Source of the DNA: Fibrobacteria bacterium
GTDB taxonomy: Bacteria > Fibrobacterota > Fibrobacteria > UBA11236
Direction: 5' to 3'
NCBI GenBank assembly: GCA_041746255.1
Contig: JBGTHM010000012.1
Coordinates: 1-28,994, forward strand
Length of the DNA stretch: 28,994 nucleotides
Shown piece by piece: positions 17,125-27,382 of the stretch. The position numbers were made by a program, and so were the translations under genes. The notes under the pieces are model-generated. The model saw only the letters and a list, made by a program, of their open reading frames with translations, was not told the DNA's origin and searched no databases. Every line of letters starts with the position of its first letter. The stretch's first letter is position 1.

Positions 17125-20100
17125 TTAGAATTCTGCGCCCAAAGACCAATAATCCCGGGTTGGGTTATCCTTTTCAACCAGACCTTTGATATTCACCGAC
17201 CAGGCACGAGTCCATCGCAATACGAAAATGCCCAAATTGAGACGCATGCCGCCGCCCATTCCCATACCGAACTCATTGAAGGCATTGCCTCTCGACCAGG
17301 CGCCGCCGTAATCTACGAACAGATTTCCCATGACATGCCTTATCGCTATGGGCAAAGGCCAGACTATGCTGAACTCCCGAACGAAAGGAAAACGGAATTC
17401 CAAATTCGAGATGAACTTGCGATCGCCGCGGAAATCATAGTAATCGAAACCACGGAGCGGCACGTCCAAATCCGAATAATGAAATTCTTCCAGTGTGAGT
17501 GGAAAATTGTCGATATTGGGCCGGGGATTGAACAAGTTGAATTCATCGCCGCCCACCAGGAAGGAATGGGGATTCTCATATCCCGGTAGGGGTTCGGAAA
17601 GGCCGGCAGAAACACGCCAGGCCAACGTGTACCGCTTTTTGAATTGCCAGTATTTGCGAAAATCGGCTTCGAGCAGGGCAAAGCCCTTATCCTCCTGAAA
17701 AATCGGAAGCAGGGTTTGCAATCCCCCATAAACCCGATGTCCGTTCACCGGTCCCACGATGCCCCATAGCGAAGCGTCATGCACCCAACTCACCTTGGGC
17801 AACACGGAGTTCAGACGCTGGATTACCGCGCCCTCCTTGGACTGAAAACTGTTTCCCGACCTTTCCTGCTCGGTGCGGGAGCGGAATAAAGCATGGATAT
17901 CCATTTGCAGGCGGGAAAAAATCGAGAAGGGATACCGAACGGTGGTCGATGCTCCCCACTGTCTGTCCAGGTAAACGGTATCGCCGTAAAAGAGGGTTTG
18001 GTCCGTAACCTGAAGACTGCGCGTATTGAACGCTTGATGGTGCACGGTTACCGCGAAGTCGGGTTTAAGCGGTAGATACTCGTAGTGGATTACGCCGCTG
18101 GCATTGTCGAAACCTCCGTTTATGTTCAGGGCCATGGAGATTTCCTGATCACCCATCAAATCGCTCAAGGTTACGAAGGCGAGCCCGCCGGCGCCGTAGA
18201 AATTATCATAGCCTAATCCGGCGCTGACCATATCCAGGCTGAACTGGGGAGTATATTTGCGCTTTACGAAATCGCCGGCATCGGTGAGATAGTAGGAACT
18301 GTCGCTGATGAAAGGGCTGGATTTCTTCCCGGACGACTTGACGGCCACGGTATCGGTTCCCGAAATCGAAGTTGTATCCACTTCGGCTACGACCAGGGAA
18401 TCCGTTGCTCGGGCCTCCCCCACTACCGTACTATCCGCAGTATCTTTACTAACCGTACTATCTGTGGAATCGGCGGTTGACGTAGCGGCTAGGGATAGGG
18501 AGTCGATACGCTTGGGCTTGGACCGATCGACTTTCGCTTTGCCGGAAGTATCGGCGGTATCGGGTTTGAAGCTGGATAGGTTGGCCCAGTTGAGCGGGCG
18601 GAAAAAGTCTTCCCCACCCTTTTCCAGGGTTTTCATGAAATGGGTTTTCGGCAGCTCCTCGGGCAGGGTCTTTTCCAGCGGATCGGTCATCAGGAAAATG
18701 TCCCATCCTCCGCGTTCAAACAAAGAGAATGCCATCAGGCTACCATCCCACGAGAAAGAAGGGGTGAAGCAGCCCGAAAGGAGATTGGTCAAAGGTTTTT
18801 CCCAGAAGCCACCGACGGTATCCATGCTGAGGTAGACATTGTCGATACCGGAACGGTTGGAAACGAATACCAATAAGGAATCGGAAGGCCCATACGAAGG
18901 CATTTTATCATCGAAGCCGCTTCCGGAAACCAACTCCAAAGTATCGCCGGCGAAGTTGATGCGGTAAATATCACTGTATTTCGAGAGCCTTCCATAAGCG
19001 TCCAATTCCCGTAAAGTGGTATCCGCCAGGTCGGCGGTTCCGCGATCGCTTTCAAAGGCTATCCAATTCCCGGAGGGGCTGAAGGCCGGCTTATCGTCGT
19101 GGGCGATGTCATGCGTCAGTCTGCGCAGACTCTTTGCCTGTAAATCCCATACGTAAATGTCGGTGAGTCCCTCCTGCAAACCGCTGAAGGCGATATAACG
19201 GCCGTCGCGCGACCAGGCGGGAGAGAGAATACCTTCCACTTCCGGCATTATTTCATCGCGGATCTTTCCGCTCTTGGCATCGATGATATGAATGACATTC
19301 TTGCCCCGGCTCTTGCTTACAATGGCCAGCCGTTTGCTGTCGGGACTCCAGGCTATCCCCGACTTGAAGGAATGGAAGGATTCATGCCGCCCCTTATCGC
19401 CCCCCTTGATGACCGACCGCGTGACTTTTTCGCTTTCGACGTTGAGGATGAAAATCCCTTCCCACGACTCGCGATCGCTGAAGTAAGCGATTTCCTTTCC
19501 GTCCGGGGAGATGCTGGGTTGCAAGTTGTAAAAGGATAAATCCTTATCGCGGCGGGTCAATTGCCTGGCCACGCTTTTTCCATATTGGCGCCGTCCCAAT
19601 TCAGGCCAATAAATATGCCGCAATTCGCGCAACCAAATCTCCCCGGCTTCTTCCAGCGAGGTCTTGGTGGTTTTCTGAAAGGCATCGGCCGTGTTACGGG
19701 TGACCACAAGGTTCTGGATGAATCGGGTCGACGTGCCTTTCCCGTATACGCTTTCCATGAAATGGAAAAACAGCTGCCCACCCTTATAAGCCAGAAAGCC
19801 GCCGAAATCATGGACGGGCGACTGTACGTAGCCGAAAGTGGTCGCGTCCACCATGAAGAATTCAGAAGCAAGGTCCCAGCCCGTCGACGCGTATTCGGCG
19901 AGTCCTTCGTTCACCCACAACGGAAATTGGTAGGCCGCCTGACGCGAGACCATGGAGGAGGCGTTCTCCCCGTATAGCATGTCGAAGACCACCGCATGCA
20001 CCAATTCGTGTTGGAGCACATGGTAGAATTGATGGTAGCTGCCCTCGAAGGGAAGCACCACACGGTTCTTGAAAATTTCCGTGAATCCACCGATGCCTTC

Positions 20101-20448
20101 GTGCAGAGGCAAGCGAATGACATTGGTTTGTACGAATTGAGCATGGGAATTGTGCAGGATGATGGGCACACGCCCGCTCAGTTTATGCCCTACCGCCTCC
20201 GAGACCTCGCCATACATCTTTTCCAGATGGAGTCCCGCGAAGCGGGCGATGCGATCACCGCCTTGGGTGAAGTAGACGTCGAAATGCTCGGTTTGAAAAA
20301 AAGACCATTTGAATTGCTCGTATTGCACTTTGTTCTGTCCGAAAGCGGCGGACTGAGCGTAGGCGGGAACGGTGGTCAGGCCGAAAAAACTTATCAGGAA
20401 AAACAGGCTAGTTCGCAAGGCCGGCCCTCCGAAGTCGCGTGCGAGCAT
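17125..20448 (-). CDS. Omp85/BamA-TamA family protein with N-terminal gluzincin peptidase-like domain and PD40/TolB-like beta-propeller
   Basis: Signal peptide then FGQNKVQY; HELVH and WVNEGLAEY; PSISPDGK, AWSPDSK, PAWSRDGR, PAFSPSG repeats; barrel motifs LRGF, NLEFRFP, FVDYG and terminal YWSLGAEF. Confidence 0.9.
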   Translation of the reverse strand: MLARDFGGPALRTSLFFLISFFGLTTVPAYAQSAAFGQNKVQYEQFKWSFFQTEHFDVYFTQGGDRIARFAGLHLEKMYGEVSEAVGHKLSGRVPIILHNSHAQFVQTNVIRLPLHEGIGGFTEIFKNRVVLPFEGSYHQFYHVLQHELVHAVVFDMLYGENASSMVSRQAAYQFPLWVNEGLAEYASTGWDLASEFFMVDATTFGYVQSPVHDFGGFLAYKGGQLFFHFMESVYGKGTSTRFIQNLVVTRNTADAFQKTTKTSLEEAGEIWLRELRHIYWPELGRRQYGKSVARQLTRRDKDLSFYNLQPSISPDGKEIAYFSDRESWEGIFILNVESEKVTRSVIKGGDKGRHESFHSFKSGIAWSPDSKRLAIVSKSRGKNVIHIIDAKSGKIRDEIMPEVEGILSPAWSRDGRYIAFSGLQEGLTDIYVWDLQAKSLRRLTHDIAHDDKPAFSPSGNWIAFESDRGTADLADTTLRELDAYGRLSKYSDIYRINFAGDTLELVSGSGFDDKMPSYGPSDSLLVFVSNRSGIDNVYLSMDTVGGFWEKPLTNLLSGCFTPSFSWDGSLMAFSLFERGGWDIFLMTDPLEKTLPEELPKTHFMKTLEKGGEDFFRPLNWANLSSFKPDTADTSGKAKVDRSKPKRIDSLSLAATSTADSTDSTVSKDTADSTVVGEARATDSLVVAEVDTTSISGTDTVAVKSSGKKSSPFISDSSYYLTDAGDFVKRKYTPQFSLDMVSAGLGYDNFYGAGGLAFVTLSDLMGDQEISMALNINGGFDNASGVIHYEYLPLKPDFAVTVHHQAFNTRSLQVTDQTLFYGDTVYLDRQWGASTTVRYPFSIFSRLQMDIHALFRSRTEQERSGNSFQSKEGAVIQRLNSVLPKVSWVHDASLWGIVGPVNGHRVYGGLQTLLPIFQEDKGFALLEADFRKYWQFKKRYTLAWRVSAGLSEPLPGYENPHSFLVGGDEFNLFNPRPNIDNFPLTLEEFHYSDLDVPLRGFDYYDFRGDRKFISNLEFRFPFVREFSIVWPLPIAIRHVMGNLFVDYGGAWSRGNAFNEFGMGMGGGMRLNLGIFVLRWTRAWSVNIKGLVEKDNPTRDYWSLGAEF

Positions 20449-21232
20449 GTTGCAACCAAGCGAGATTGTCTAATTTCGTTCCGTCGTCGGTTTCCGCACG
20501 CAAAGCCTCTATGAGGGAGCGCGTTTCCAGGGCGGAGAGCTGACCCGGCGCCGCGGGCGCCCCGCCCAAATGGGCATAGCTCAAAGCGCATCCCAACAGG
20601 GGAGCAATGACGCGCGTGGCTTGTCCGGCCGCTCCCATGCAGAAAACCGCGGAGGCCGGGAACTCGTGAGCCACGCTTGCGGCCAAGGCCAGCGATTCCA
20701 AAATTTCGTCTTCCCCATGGGCTGACAGGGCGAGCTTCGCGCCTTCGGGAGCATACCGGGTCATGGTATCGGTTACCGCCTTCCAGTCGCTGGGCGACTC
20801 GTCTCCCCGGACATCGTGATGCGATAAGAGCAAACCGATACCCCGCTCTTTCCATTGCTTCCGCAAGGATGCCGGGAGAACCTCGATTTCCTCCACCTCG
20901 ACGTCGACCCATGCGATGGCCGAAGTTTCGGGTTGCGAAAGCAGGGATTGCCAAATTTCAACGCGCGAGGACGCGGCGGCATCGGGCCAAAACCCGCCGT
21001 CGCGGCGGAGCCGCATCGTGAAAACCAGGGGAAGAGGCTGTGCCGAGCTACGGTAACGCCGGGTACATGCGGCCAGGGCCGAGGGGATTTCGGAGACGGG
21101 ATATCCATCGGCGCGGAATTCCAATAAATCGCAAGCGGAAATTTGTTTTTCGATTTCGGCCTGCACTCCCTCACCCGGTAGCAAGACGCCGACAATACCG
21201 ACGGCCGGGGAGTTTTTAGTACTTTGCCGCAC
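20408..21232 (-). CDS. aroD: Type I 3-dehydroquinate dehydratase
   Basis: DLLEFRAD, LVFTMR..DGG, WVDVE, LLSHHD (catalytic His), AKLA (Schiff-base Lys), MGAAG, APGQL. Start placed at GTG 21232 to avoid overlap with the divergent gene. Confidence 0.88.
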   Translation of the reverse strand: MRQSTKNSPAVGIVGVLLPGEGVQAEIEKQISACDLLEFRADGYPVSEIPSALAACTRRYRSSAQPLPLVFTMRLRRDGGFWPDAAASSRVEIWQSLLSQPETSAIAWVDVEVEEIEVLPASLRKQWKERGIGLLLSHHDVRGDESPSDWKAVTDTMTRYAPEGAKLALSAHGEDEILESLALAASVAHEFPASAVFCMGAAGQATRVIAPLLGCALSYAHLGGAPAAPGQLSALETRSLIEALRAETDDGTKLDNLAWLQHARTRLRRAGLAN

Positions 21233-21275
21233 AGTGGTTATTAAAGTAAAAAAGAATCGCCCGGAAAAATCGTTC

Positions 21276-22310
21276 GTGCGCCATCTATCCCTGCTTTCGA
21301 CTTTTCTCTGGCTGGTTTTTCCCGCCGTATCGGTGAGCCTACCCTCCGACACTTCCAAGTCGCAATGGCTGGTATTTACCGAGCCCGAACACGATTTGAC
21401 CATTCGAAAAACCTTGGACCTACTGCAACGCCAAGAATACGACTCGGCCGCCGCCTTGCTTGCGCGAGAGGTACCGGACAGCCATCCCGCCTCCGCCTAT
21501 TTCGGGGGACTTTGCGCATTCGCTCGTTTCAATGACTTGGGCGATACCAGTGGATTGAATGGATCCCAAAGGCTATGGGAAACGCTTTACCCAGGCGGGA
21601 CCCCTAAACGGTCCCAGGAAGGGGACACGAAAATTATTTTGTACCGGGGACTTTCCGCGCTGCAATTGGCCTATGTCGCCCGCGTCAAAGGCCACAAAAT
21701 CCAATCCGCCCGGCTCGGATTGGCGGCTGCGGACATACTCGGGACTTTGCCCCAATACCTGGAAGCGCGGCTGGCGCTCGCGCTATTCGATTACTATAAG
21801 GCGCCTCTGCTCAATAATTTCGCCTGGCTGCCCTTCGTCAAAAATCGGGACCAGGACCTTCTGTTGGGCTTTTTGGAGCGGCATTATCCGCAATCCCCCT
21901 ACCTGGAATCCATTTTGCGTAACTCCCTGATTTGGCTTTACTTCGACGCTAAGAATTACCCCCGCGGTCTGACCCATATCGATTCCATGTTGCACCGTTA
22001 TCCCAAAAACCGATCTCTGCTCCAGATGCGGGCTGATTTTCTCTATCGCCAGGGCGATTTCGAGGGCGCTCGGGATATATATGAGAAAAGCAAGCGGGAA
22101 TACGCGGAAATCTCCTCGCTGGAGAAAACCAATGGTTACGTGCCCATCGGATACTTGTCCGCCGTGGGCAACCTCGCCCGGATCTACCGGAACCTGGACG
22201 ACAAACCCAGGGCCTCCAGGCATCTCGAACTCTGGAAATCCGAGGCGGCGCAGCCTTTTCGACCGTTTCTACCCGAAAGCTTGAAGAAGGACTTGCAACG
22301 TCTGGAATAA
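21276..22310 (+). CDS. Exported TPR-like helical repeat protein
   Basis: Signal-peptide-like start (GTG 21276, MRHLSLLSTFLWLVFPAVS) and TPR-like segments such as YPKN...ADFLYRQGDFEGARDIYEK. Confidence 0.72.
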   Translation: MRHLSLLSTFLWLVFPAVSVSLPSDTSKSQWLVFTEPEHDLTIRKTLDLLQRQEYDSAAALLAREVPDSHPASAYFGGLCAFARFNDLGDTSGLNGSQRLWETLYPGGTPKRSQEGDTKIILYRGLSALQLAYVARVKGHKIQSARLGLAAADILGTLPQYLEARLALALFDYYKAPLLNNFAWLPFVKNRDQDLLLGFLERHYPQSPYLESILRNSLIWLYFDAKNYPRGLTHIDSMLHRYPKNRSLLQMRADFLYRQGDFEGARDIYEKSKREYAEISSLEKTNGYVPIGYLSAVGNLARIYRNLDDKPRASRHLELWKSEAAQPFRPFLPESLKKDLQRLE

Positions 22311-22456
22311 GGTTTCATACCGTCCGCGAAAACCGGGAACAATACGGCTTCGTCGCGCAATAAATGCCTAAAATGACTACCTTTTAAGCGATTGTAGCGT
22401 CTCTCACCAAGAGTATATCCACCCCGATTTACAGTATTCAGGAGCCCAACTGATCC

Positions 22457-24346
22457 ATGTCGACCGAAATCGATGTTCCCATAAATCCCTCGGATAAATC
22501 CGTTCAAGAAGTCGAATCCGTCACAATCCGTTTCGCGGGTGATTCGGGTGACGGCATGCAGGTAACCGGCTCGCAATTCACGGACGCTTCGGCCGTTTTC
22601 GGAAACGACCTCGCGACCATGCCCGACTTTCCCGCGGAAATCCGCGCGCCCGCCGGCACGGTTGCCGGAGTCAGCGCGTTTCAGATTCATTTCTCCTCGC
22701 GCGAAATCAAAACCGCGGGCGACGATCTCAACGTGCTGGTGGCCATGAACGCAGCCGCCCTCAAGGCCAATATCCAGGATTTGGAAGAAGGCGGCATCGT
22801 AGTCATCGACGAAGCGGGATTCACTCCCAAAGATTTGGAAAAAGCGGAGCTGACCTCCAATCCCCTGGAAGACGGCAGCCTGGACGGCTATCGGCTTATC
22901 CGTACAAAAATCACAGAATTGACCATTAACGCGGTCAAGGACACCGGGCTGAAGGGCAAGTCCGCCGAATTGTGCAAAAACTTTTTCACTTTGGGAATGA
23001 TGTTCTGGCTCTACGACAGGCCGCTTAACCATACCCTGAAGTGGATCGATGAGAAATTCGGTCCCAACACCAAATACAAGGCCAAACCCGAAATCGCCCT
23101 GTCGAACCAGAAGGCTTTGACGGCGGGTTACAATTACGCCGATACCGTGGAACTTTTCACATCGCATTATCGCGTCGCCAAAGCGGATTTGCCCAAGGGC
23201 AAGTACCGAAAAATTTCCGGCAACGAAGCCGTGGTATTCGGGTTGCTCACCGCCTCCCAAAAGAGCGGCCGACCGCTTTTCTATGGCAGCTATCCCATCA
23301 CCCCCGCTTCGGACATTCTCCACGGTCTCTCCCGTCACAAGAATTTCGGAGCCATCACATTCCAGGCCGAAGACGAAATCGCGGCCATCGGTTCGGCGCT
23401 GGGAGCCAGCTATGCGGGCGCCCTGGGAATCACCGCCACTTCCGGCCCGGGAGTATGCCTTAAGCTGGAAGCCATGAATCTCGGCGTCATGACCGAACTT
23501 CCCCTCATCATTATCGACGTGCAACGAGGCGGGCCTTCCACCGGCCTTCCCACCAAAACCGAACAGTCGGATTTGCTGATGGTCATGTTCGGCCGCAACG
23601 GCGACAGTCCCGTACCGGTCCTTGCCGCCGCCTCTCCGGGCGATTGCTACGATACCATCGTGGAATCCGCCCGTATCGCCTTGAAATATATGACTCCGGT
23701 GATTTTTCTTTCCGATGGCCATATCGCCAATGGATCGGAACCCTGGGCTATTCCCGATCCCGCCTCCCTGCCGGAAATGCCGGTCAACCTGGCGAAAACC
23801 GGCGAAGACTTTTTCCCTTATGCCCGTGACCCCGATACCCTGGCGCGGAAGTGGGCCCTGCCCGGCACGCCCGGCTTGGAACATCGCATCGGAGGCCTGG
23901 AAAAGGCGCAGATAACCGGAAGCGTATCCTACGATCCGGATAACCATCAAGCCATGACCGACGAAAGGCATGCCAAGATTGCCGGCATCGCCAAGGATAT
24001 TCCGCCTGCCCCGGTGCACGGTTCGCTGGATGCCGACACCCTTGTCGTCTCGTGGGGAGGCACTTGGGGAGCGGTTTCCACCGCGGTGGAAGAATGCAAC
24101 AAGGCGGGACTTAAAATAGCGCATGTCCATTTGCGCTATATCAACCCTTTCCCCGCCAATCTGGGTGAAATCATCAAACGCCATAGGCGCGTCATCGTTC
24201 CCGAACTCAATATGGGACAGCTTAGCTTGCTGCTTTCGGGAATGTTCGGTATCCGAACCGTGGGTATCAACCAGGTCCGGGGCAAGCCTTTCAAAATTTC
24301 CTATCTCGTTTCGCAATTCTATCGCATCATGGAGAAACAACAATGA
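22457..24346 (+). CDS. korA: 2-oxoacid:ferredoxin oxidoreductase alpha subunit (gamma-alpha fusion)
   Basis: IRFAGDSGDGMQ, FPAEIRAPAG, YPITPAS, QAEDEIAA, QRGGPSTGLPTKTEQSDL, ELNMGQL. Confidence 0.95.
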   Translation: MSTEIDVPINPSDKSVQEVESVTIRFAGDSGDGMQVTGSQFTDASAVFGNDLATMPDFPAEIRAPAGTVAGVSAFQIHFSSREIKTAGDDLNVLVAMNAAALKANIQDLEEGGIVVIDEAGFTPKDLEKAELTSNPLEDGSLDGYRLIRTKITELTINAVKDTGLKGKSAELCKNFFTLGMMFWLYDRPLNHTLKWIDEKFGPNTKYKAKPEIALSNQKALTAGYNYADTVELFTSHYRVAKADLPKGKYRKISGNEAVVFGLLTASQKSGRPLFYGSYPITPASDILHGLSRHKNFGAITFQAEDEIAAIGSALGASYAGALGITATSGPGVCLKLEAMNLGVMTELPLIIIDVQRGGPSTGLPTKTEQSDLLMVMFGRNGDSPVPVLAAASPGDCYDTIVESARIALKYMTPVIFLSDGHIANGSEPWAIPDPASLPEMPVNLAKTGEDFFPYARDPDTLARKWALPGTPGLEHRIGGLEKAQITGSVSYDPDNHQAMTDERHAKIAGIAKDIPPAPVHGSLDADTLVVSWGGTWGAVSTAVEECNKAGLKIAHVHLRYINPFPANLGEIIKRHRRVIVPELNMGQLSLLLSGMFGIRTVGINQVRGKPFKISYLVSQFYRIMEKQQ

Positions 24347-25356
24347 CGGCCGTCAGCCTGCCCGCCGAACCGCTCACCCGTAAGGATTTCGCCTCGCCCG
24401 CCGCCATTCGCTGGTGCCCGGGTTGCGGGGATTATTCCATTCTCTCCACCATGCAATCGGTTTTACCGGGCCTGGGGATTCCCAAAGAGAACTTCGTTTT
24501 CATTTCGGGTATCGGCTGCTCCTCGCGGTTTCCCTATTACATGAATACGTATGGGTTCCACACCATCCATGGCCGCGCTCCGGCCATCGCCGCCGGAGTC
24601 AAGCTCGTCAATCCCGACTTGCAGGTTTGGGTGATCACCGGCGACGGAGACGCACTCAGCATCGGCGGAAACCATTTCATCCACGCCATTCGCCGCAATC
24701 AAGACCTGAAAATAATTCTATTCAACAATCGGATTTACGGTTTGACCAAGGGGCAATATTCGCCCACTTCGACCCCGGGAACCATCAGTCCTTCCACGCC
24801 GCAAGGTTCCGTGGACAATCCGCTTTCGCCGGCAAGCCTGGCGCTGGGAGCCGAAGCCGGCTTCTTCGCGCGCACGTCCGACAACGATATCAAGCACATG
24901 ACGGAAGTCATGCAAGCCGCGGCCGCCTACAAGGGAACCGCCGTCATCGAAGTATTGCAGAATTGCGTCATCTTCGCCGACAAAATCCATGACCCCTATT
25001 ATGGCCGTACCTCGCGCCAGGACAATATGATCTACCTGCGCCATGGAGAGCCCTTGCGTTACGGCAAGGAGTTGGAAAAAGGTCTGGTGATGAAAGGCTT
25101 CGGGCTCCAAAGCAAAGACAATCCCGCACAGGACGAGGTTATCGTCCACGACGAACAGGAAGCCAGCGGCTCGCTGGCATTCGCCCTATCCCGGCTCACC
25201 TTTCCGGATTTTCCCGTGCCCGTGGGAATTTTACGGAATGTGCAACGGCCAATCTACCATCACTCGGTGGGCGAACAAATTGAGACGGCCAAACGAAAAG
25301 CCGCGCCTAACCTGGAGAAGTTGTACAATTCGGGCAGTACCTGGACGGTGGAATAA
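24343..25356 (+). CDS. korB: 2-oxoacid:ferredoxin oxidoreductase beta subunit
   Basis: WCPGCG, SGIGCSSR, HTIHGRA, TPP motif GDGD...NNRIYGLTKGQYSPT; ATGA overlap with korA. Confidence 0.95.
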   Translation: MTAVSLPAEPLTRKDFASPAAIRWCPGCGDYSILSTMQSVLPGLGIPKENFVFISGIGCSSRFPYYMNTYGFHTIHGRAPAIAAGVKLVNPDLQVWVITGDGDALSIGGNHFIHAIRRNQDLKIILFNNRIYGLTKGQYSPTSTPGTISPSTPQGSVDNPLSPASLALGAEAGFFARTSDNDIKHMTEVMQAAAAYKGTAVIEVLQNCVIFADKIHDPYYGRTSRQDNMIYLRHGEPLRYGKELEKGLVMKGFGLQSKDNPAQDEVIVHDEQEASGSLAFALSRLTFPDFPVPVGILRNVQRPIYHHSVGEQIETAKRKAAPNLEKLYNSGSTWTVE

Positions 25357-25395
25357 ACCGTTCACCCCTTCCATGAAGGGACAGGAACCAGCCGT

Positions 25396-26772
25396 ATGAA
25401 AGACTCATTCCTCATATGGGTCGGACAATCCCATACCGAAGGCTTGATTAGCCATCTGGGTCTCGACCCGGCCTGGGTAGACCCGCTTTTCCGCCTAATC
25501 GCCTTCACTTTGGTATTGGCCCTGGCATTGGCCATACATTGGTTCGCCCGCATTATCATCGCGCGCAATCTGGAAAAATTGGCTGCGCGCACCCAGGCGA
25601 CCTGGGATGACGTATTAGTCAGGCGCAAAGTATTCCGGTGGGTGGTCCACCTGATTCCGGGATTCATCATCCATCTTTCGGCGCCCCTGATTTTCGCGGA
25701 TTATCCGCTTACCGCCTCCATCCTCGGACGGCTATCCCAAATCTATATCCTGGCGGCCGCCGTTTTGGCTGTGGACGCCCTCATTGACGCTCTCGCCGAA
25801 ATCGCCTCCGATTTTTCCGTTACCCGCACGTTACCCATCCGAAGTTTTTCGCAGGTACTCAAAATCGTCATCTATTTTGTGGCCTTTTTACTGATACTTT
25901 CCAGCCTGTTGGGTAAATCGCCCTTCATCCTGCTGGGGGGAATGGGAGCGCTGGCCGCCATCCTCATGTTGGTCTTCAAAGACCCTATCCTGGGTTTCGT
26001 GGGCGGCATCCAACTCAGCGCCAACGATATGGTACAAGTGGGCGATTGGATAGAAGTGCCTAAGCACGGCGCCGACGGCTCCGTCATAGACATCGCACTG
26101 ACCACTATCAAAGTGCAGAATTGGGACAAGACCATCACAACCGTTCCTACCTACGCCCTGATATCGGAATCCTTCATCAATTGGCGGGGAATGTTCAACT
26201 CGGGCGGTCGGAGGATTAAAAGAGCCCTCTACATCGACATGACCACCGTCCGCTTCTGCACTCCCGAAATGCTGCAAAGATTCCACGGCTTTGAAATCCT
26301 CCACGGCTATTTGGACGGCAAAGAAAAAGAAATCCAGGCGTACAATAAGCAACATTGCATAGACGAGCATGTTTTGCTCAACGGCAGAAGGATGACGAAT
26401 CTCGGAGTCTTCCGAGCCTATGTTTCGGAATACCTGAAACGCAGACCGCTCATTCGCCAGGACATGACCTTTCTGGTCCGGCATCTGGCTCCGACGGAAA
26501 AAGGGATTCCGTTGGAAATTTATGTCTTTTGCAGCGATACCAACTGGGTGAATTACGAAGGCGTGCAGGCCGATATTTTCGACCACATGCTGGCGGCCTT
26601 GCCGCTATTTGATTTGCGCGTCTTCCAGAACCCCACCGGCTCCGATTTCCAAAGGCTGGGTCCGCAGCGAGAAATCAACCGTACCCCGATTCAGGATATT
26701 CCACAGCAGCGCGCACCGGGCGGCACTGGAAATCCGGCGGACCCATCGACCGGACACGGCGAGCATGCGTAA
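25396..26772 (+). CDS. ybdG: MscS-family mechanosensitive channel (YbdG/MscM type)
   Basis: LMLVFKDPILGFVGGIQLSANDMVQVGDWI, ADGSVIDI, KVQNWDKTITTVP, SGGRRIKR, TNLGVFRAY, YEGVQADIFDH. Confidence 0.92.
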   Translation: MKDSFLIWVGQSHTEGLISHLGLDPAWVDPLFRLIAFTLVLALALAIHWFARIIIARNLEKLAARTQATWDDVLVRRKVFRWVVHLIPGFIIHLSAPLIFADYPLTASILGRLSQIYILAAAVLAVDALIDALAEIASDFSVTRTLPIRSFSQVLKIVIYFVAFLLILSSLLGKSPFILLGGMGALAAILMLVFKDPILGFVGGIQLSANDMVQVGDWIEVPKHGADGSVIDIALTTIKVQNWDKTITTVPTYALISESFINWRGMFNSGGRRIKRALYIDMTTVRFCTPEMLQRFHGFEILHGYLDGKEKEIQAYNKQHCIDEHVLLNGRRMTNLGVFRAYVSEYLKRRPLIRQDMTFLVRHLAPTEKGIPLEIYVFCSDTNWVNYEGVQADIFDHMLAALPLFDLRVFQNPTGSDFQRLGPQREINRTPIQDIPQQRAPGGTGNPADPSTGHGEHA

Positions 26773-27382
26773 TCTCCCCTTTGAAAGTCAACCGCTCCCC
26801 GAGGGACCCGAGGCGATGGGCCCTTGGACGCGGTTACGTTCACGCTACCCTTATGAAAACCCCTGGATTCGCGTGCGCGAGGACGACGTACTCCGGCCCG
26901 ATCAATCTCCCGGGATTTACGGCCTGGTGCAATTCAAGAACTTGGCCATGGGCATAGTAGCCGTCGATTCCGACAACCGCGCCGTAATGGTAGGGCAATA
27001 CCGCTATCCTCTGAAGGAATTCGTCTGGGAAATTCCCGAGGGAGGCTGTCCCCTCGAAAAGGCCGGCGATATGCAACGGGAAGCGGCCCGCGAGTTGGAA
27101 GAAGAGACCGGGTATACGGCTTCCCGATGGGATTATCTCGGAGGTTTGTTCCTTTCCAATTCGGTGTCGGATGAAGTGGGGCATCTCTATTTGGCGCGGG
27201 ACCTGAAGAGGGGTATCCCCCGCCCCGAGCCGACGGAAGAGTTGGAAGTCAAATTGCTTCCCTTGGAAGAAGCGTTCGAACAAGCGATGAACGGCGCGTT
27301 GCAAGAATCGTTGACTGTTGTAGGCCTGGCCCGCGCGCATTATTTTTTGCTCCGGGAAAAAAGGGGAAATGTCCATGGATGA
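26765..27382 (+). CDS. NUDIX hydrolase (ADP-ribose pyrophosphatase-like)
   Basis: YENPWIRVREDDV, VGQYRYP, WEIPEGG...AARELEEETGY; ATG 26765 overlaps the mscS stop. Confidence 0.9.
   Translation: MRNLPFESQPLPEGPEAMGPWTRLRSRYPYENPWIRVREDDVLRPDQSPGIYGLVQFKNLAMGIVAVDSDNRAVMVGQYRYPLKEFVWEIPEGGCPLEKAGDMQREAARELEEETGYTASRWDYLGGLFLSNSVSDEVGHLYLARDLKRGIPRPEPTEELEVKLLPLEEAFEQAMNGALQESLTVVGLARAHYFLLREKRGNVHG

Noticed and set aside
22184..24343. 719 aa minus-strand ORF
   Set aside because: Antisense shadow of korA with no recognisable motifs.
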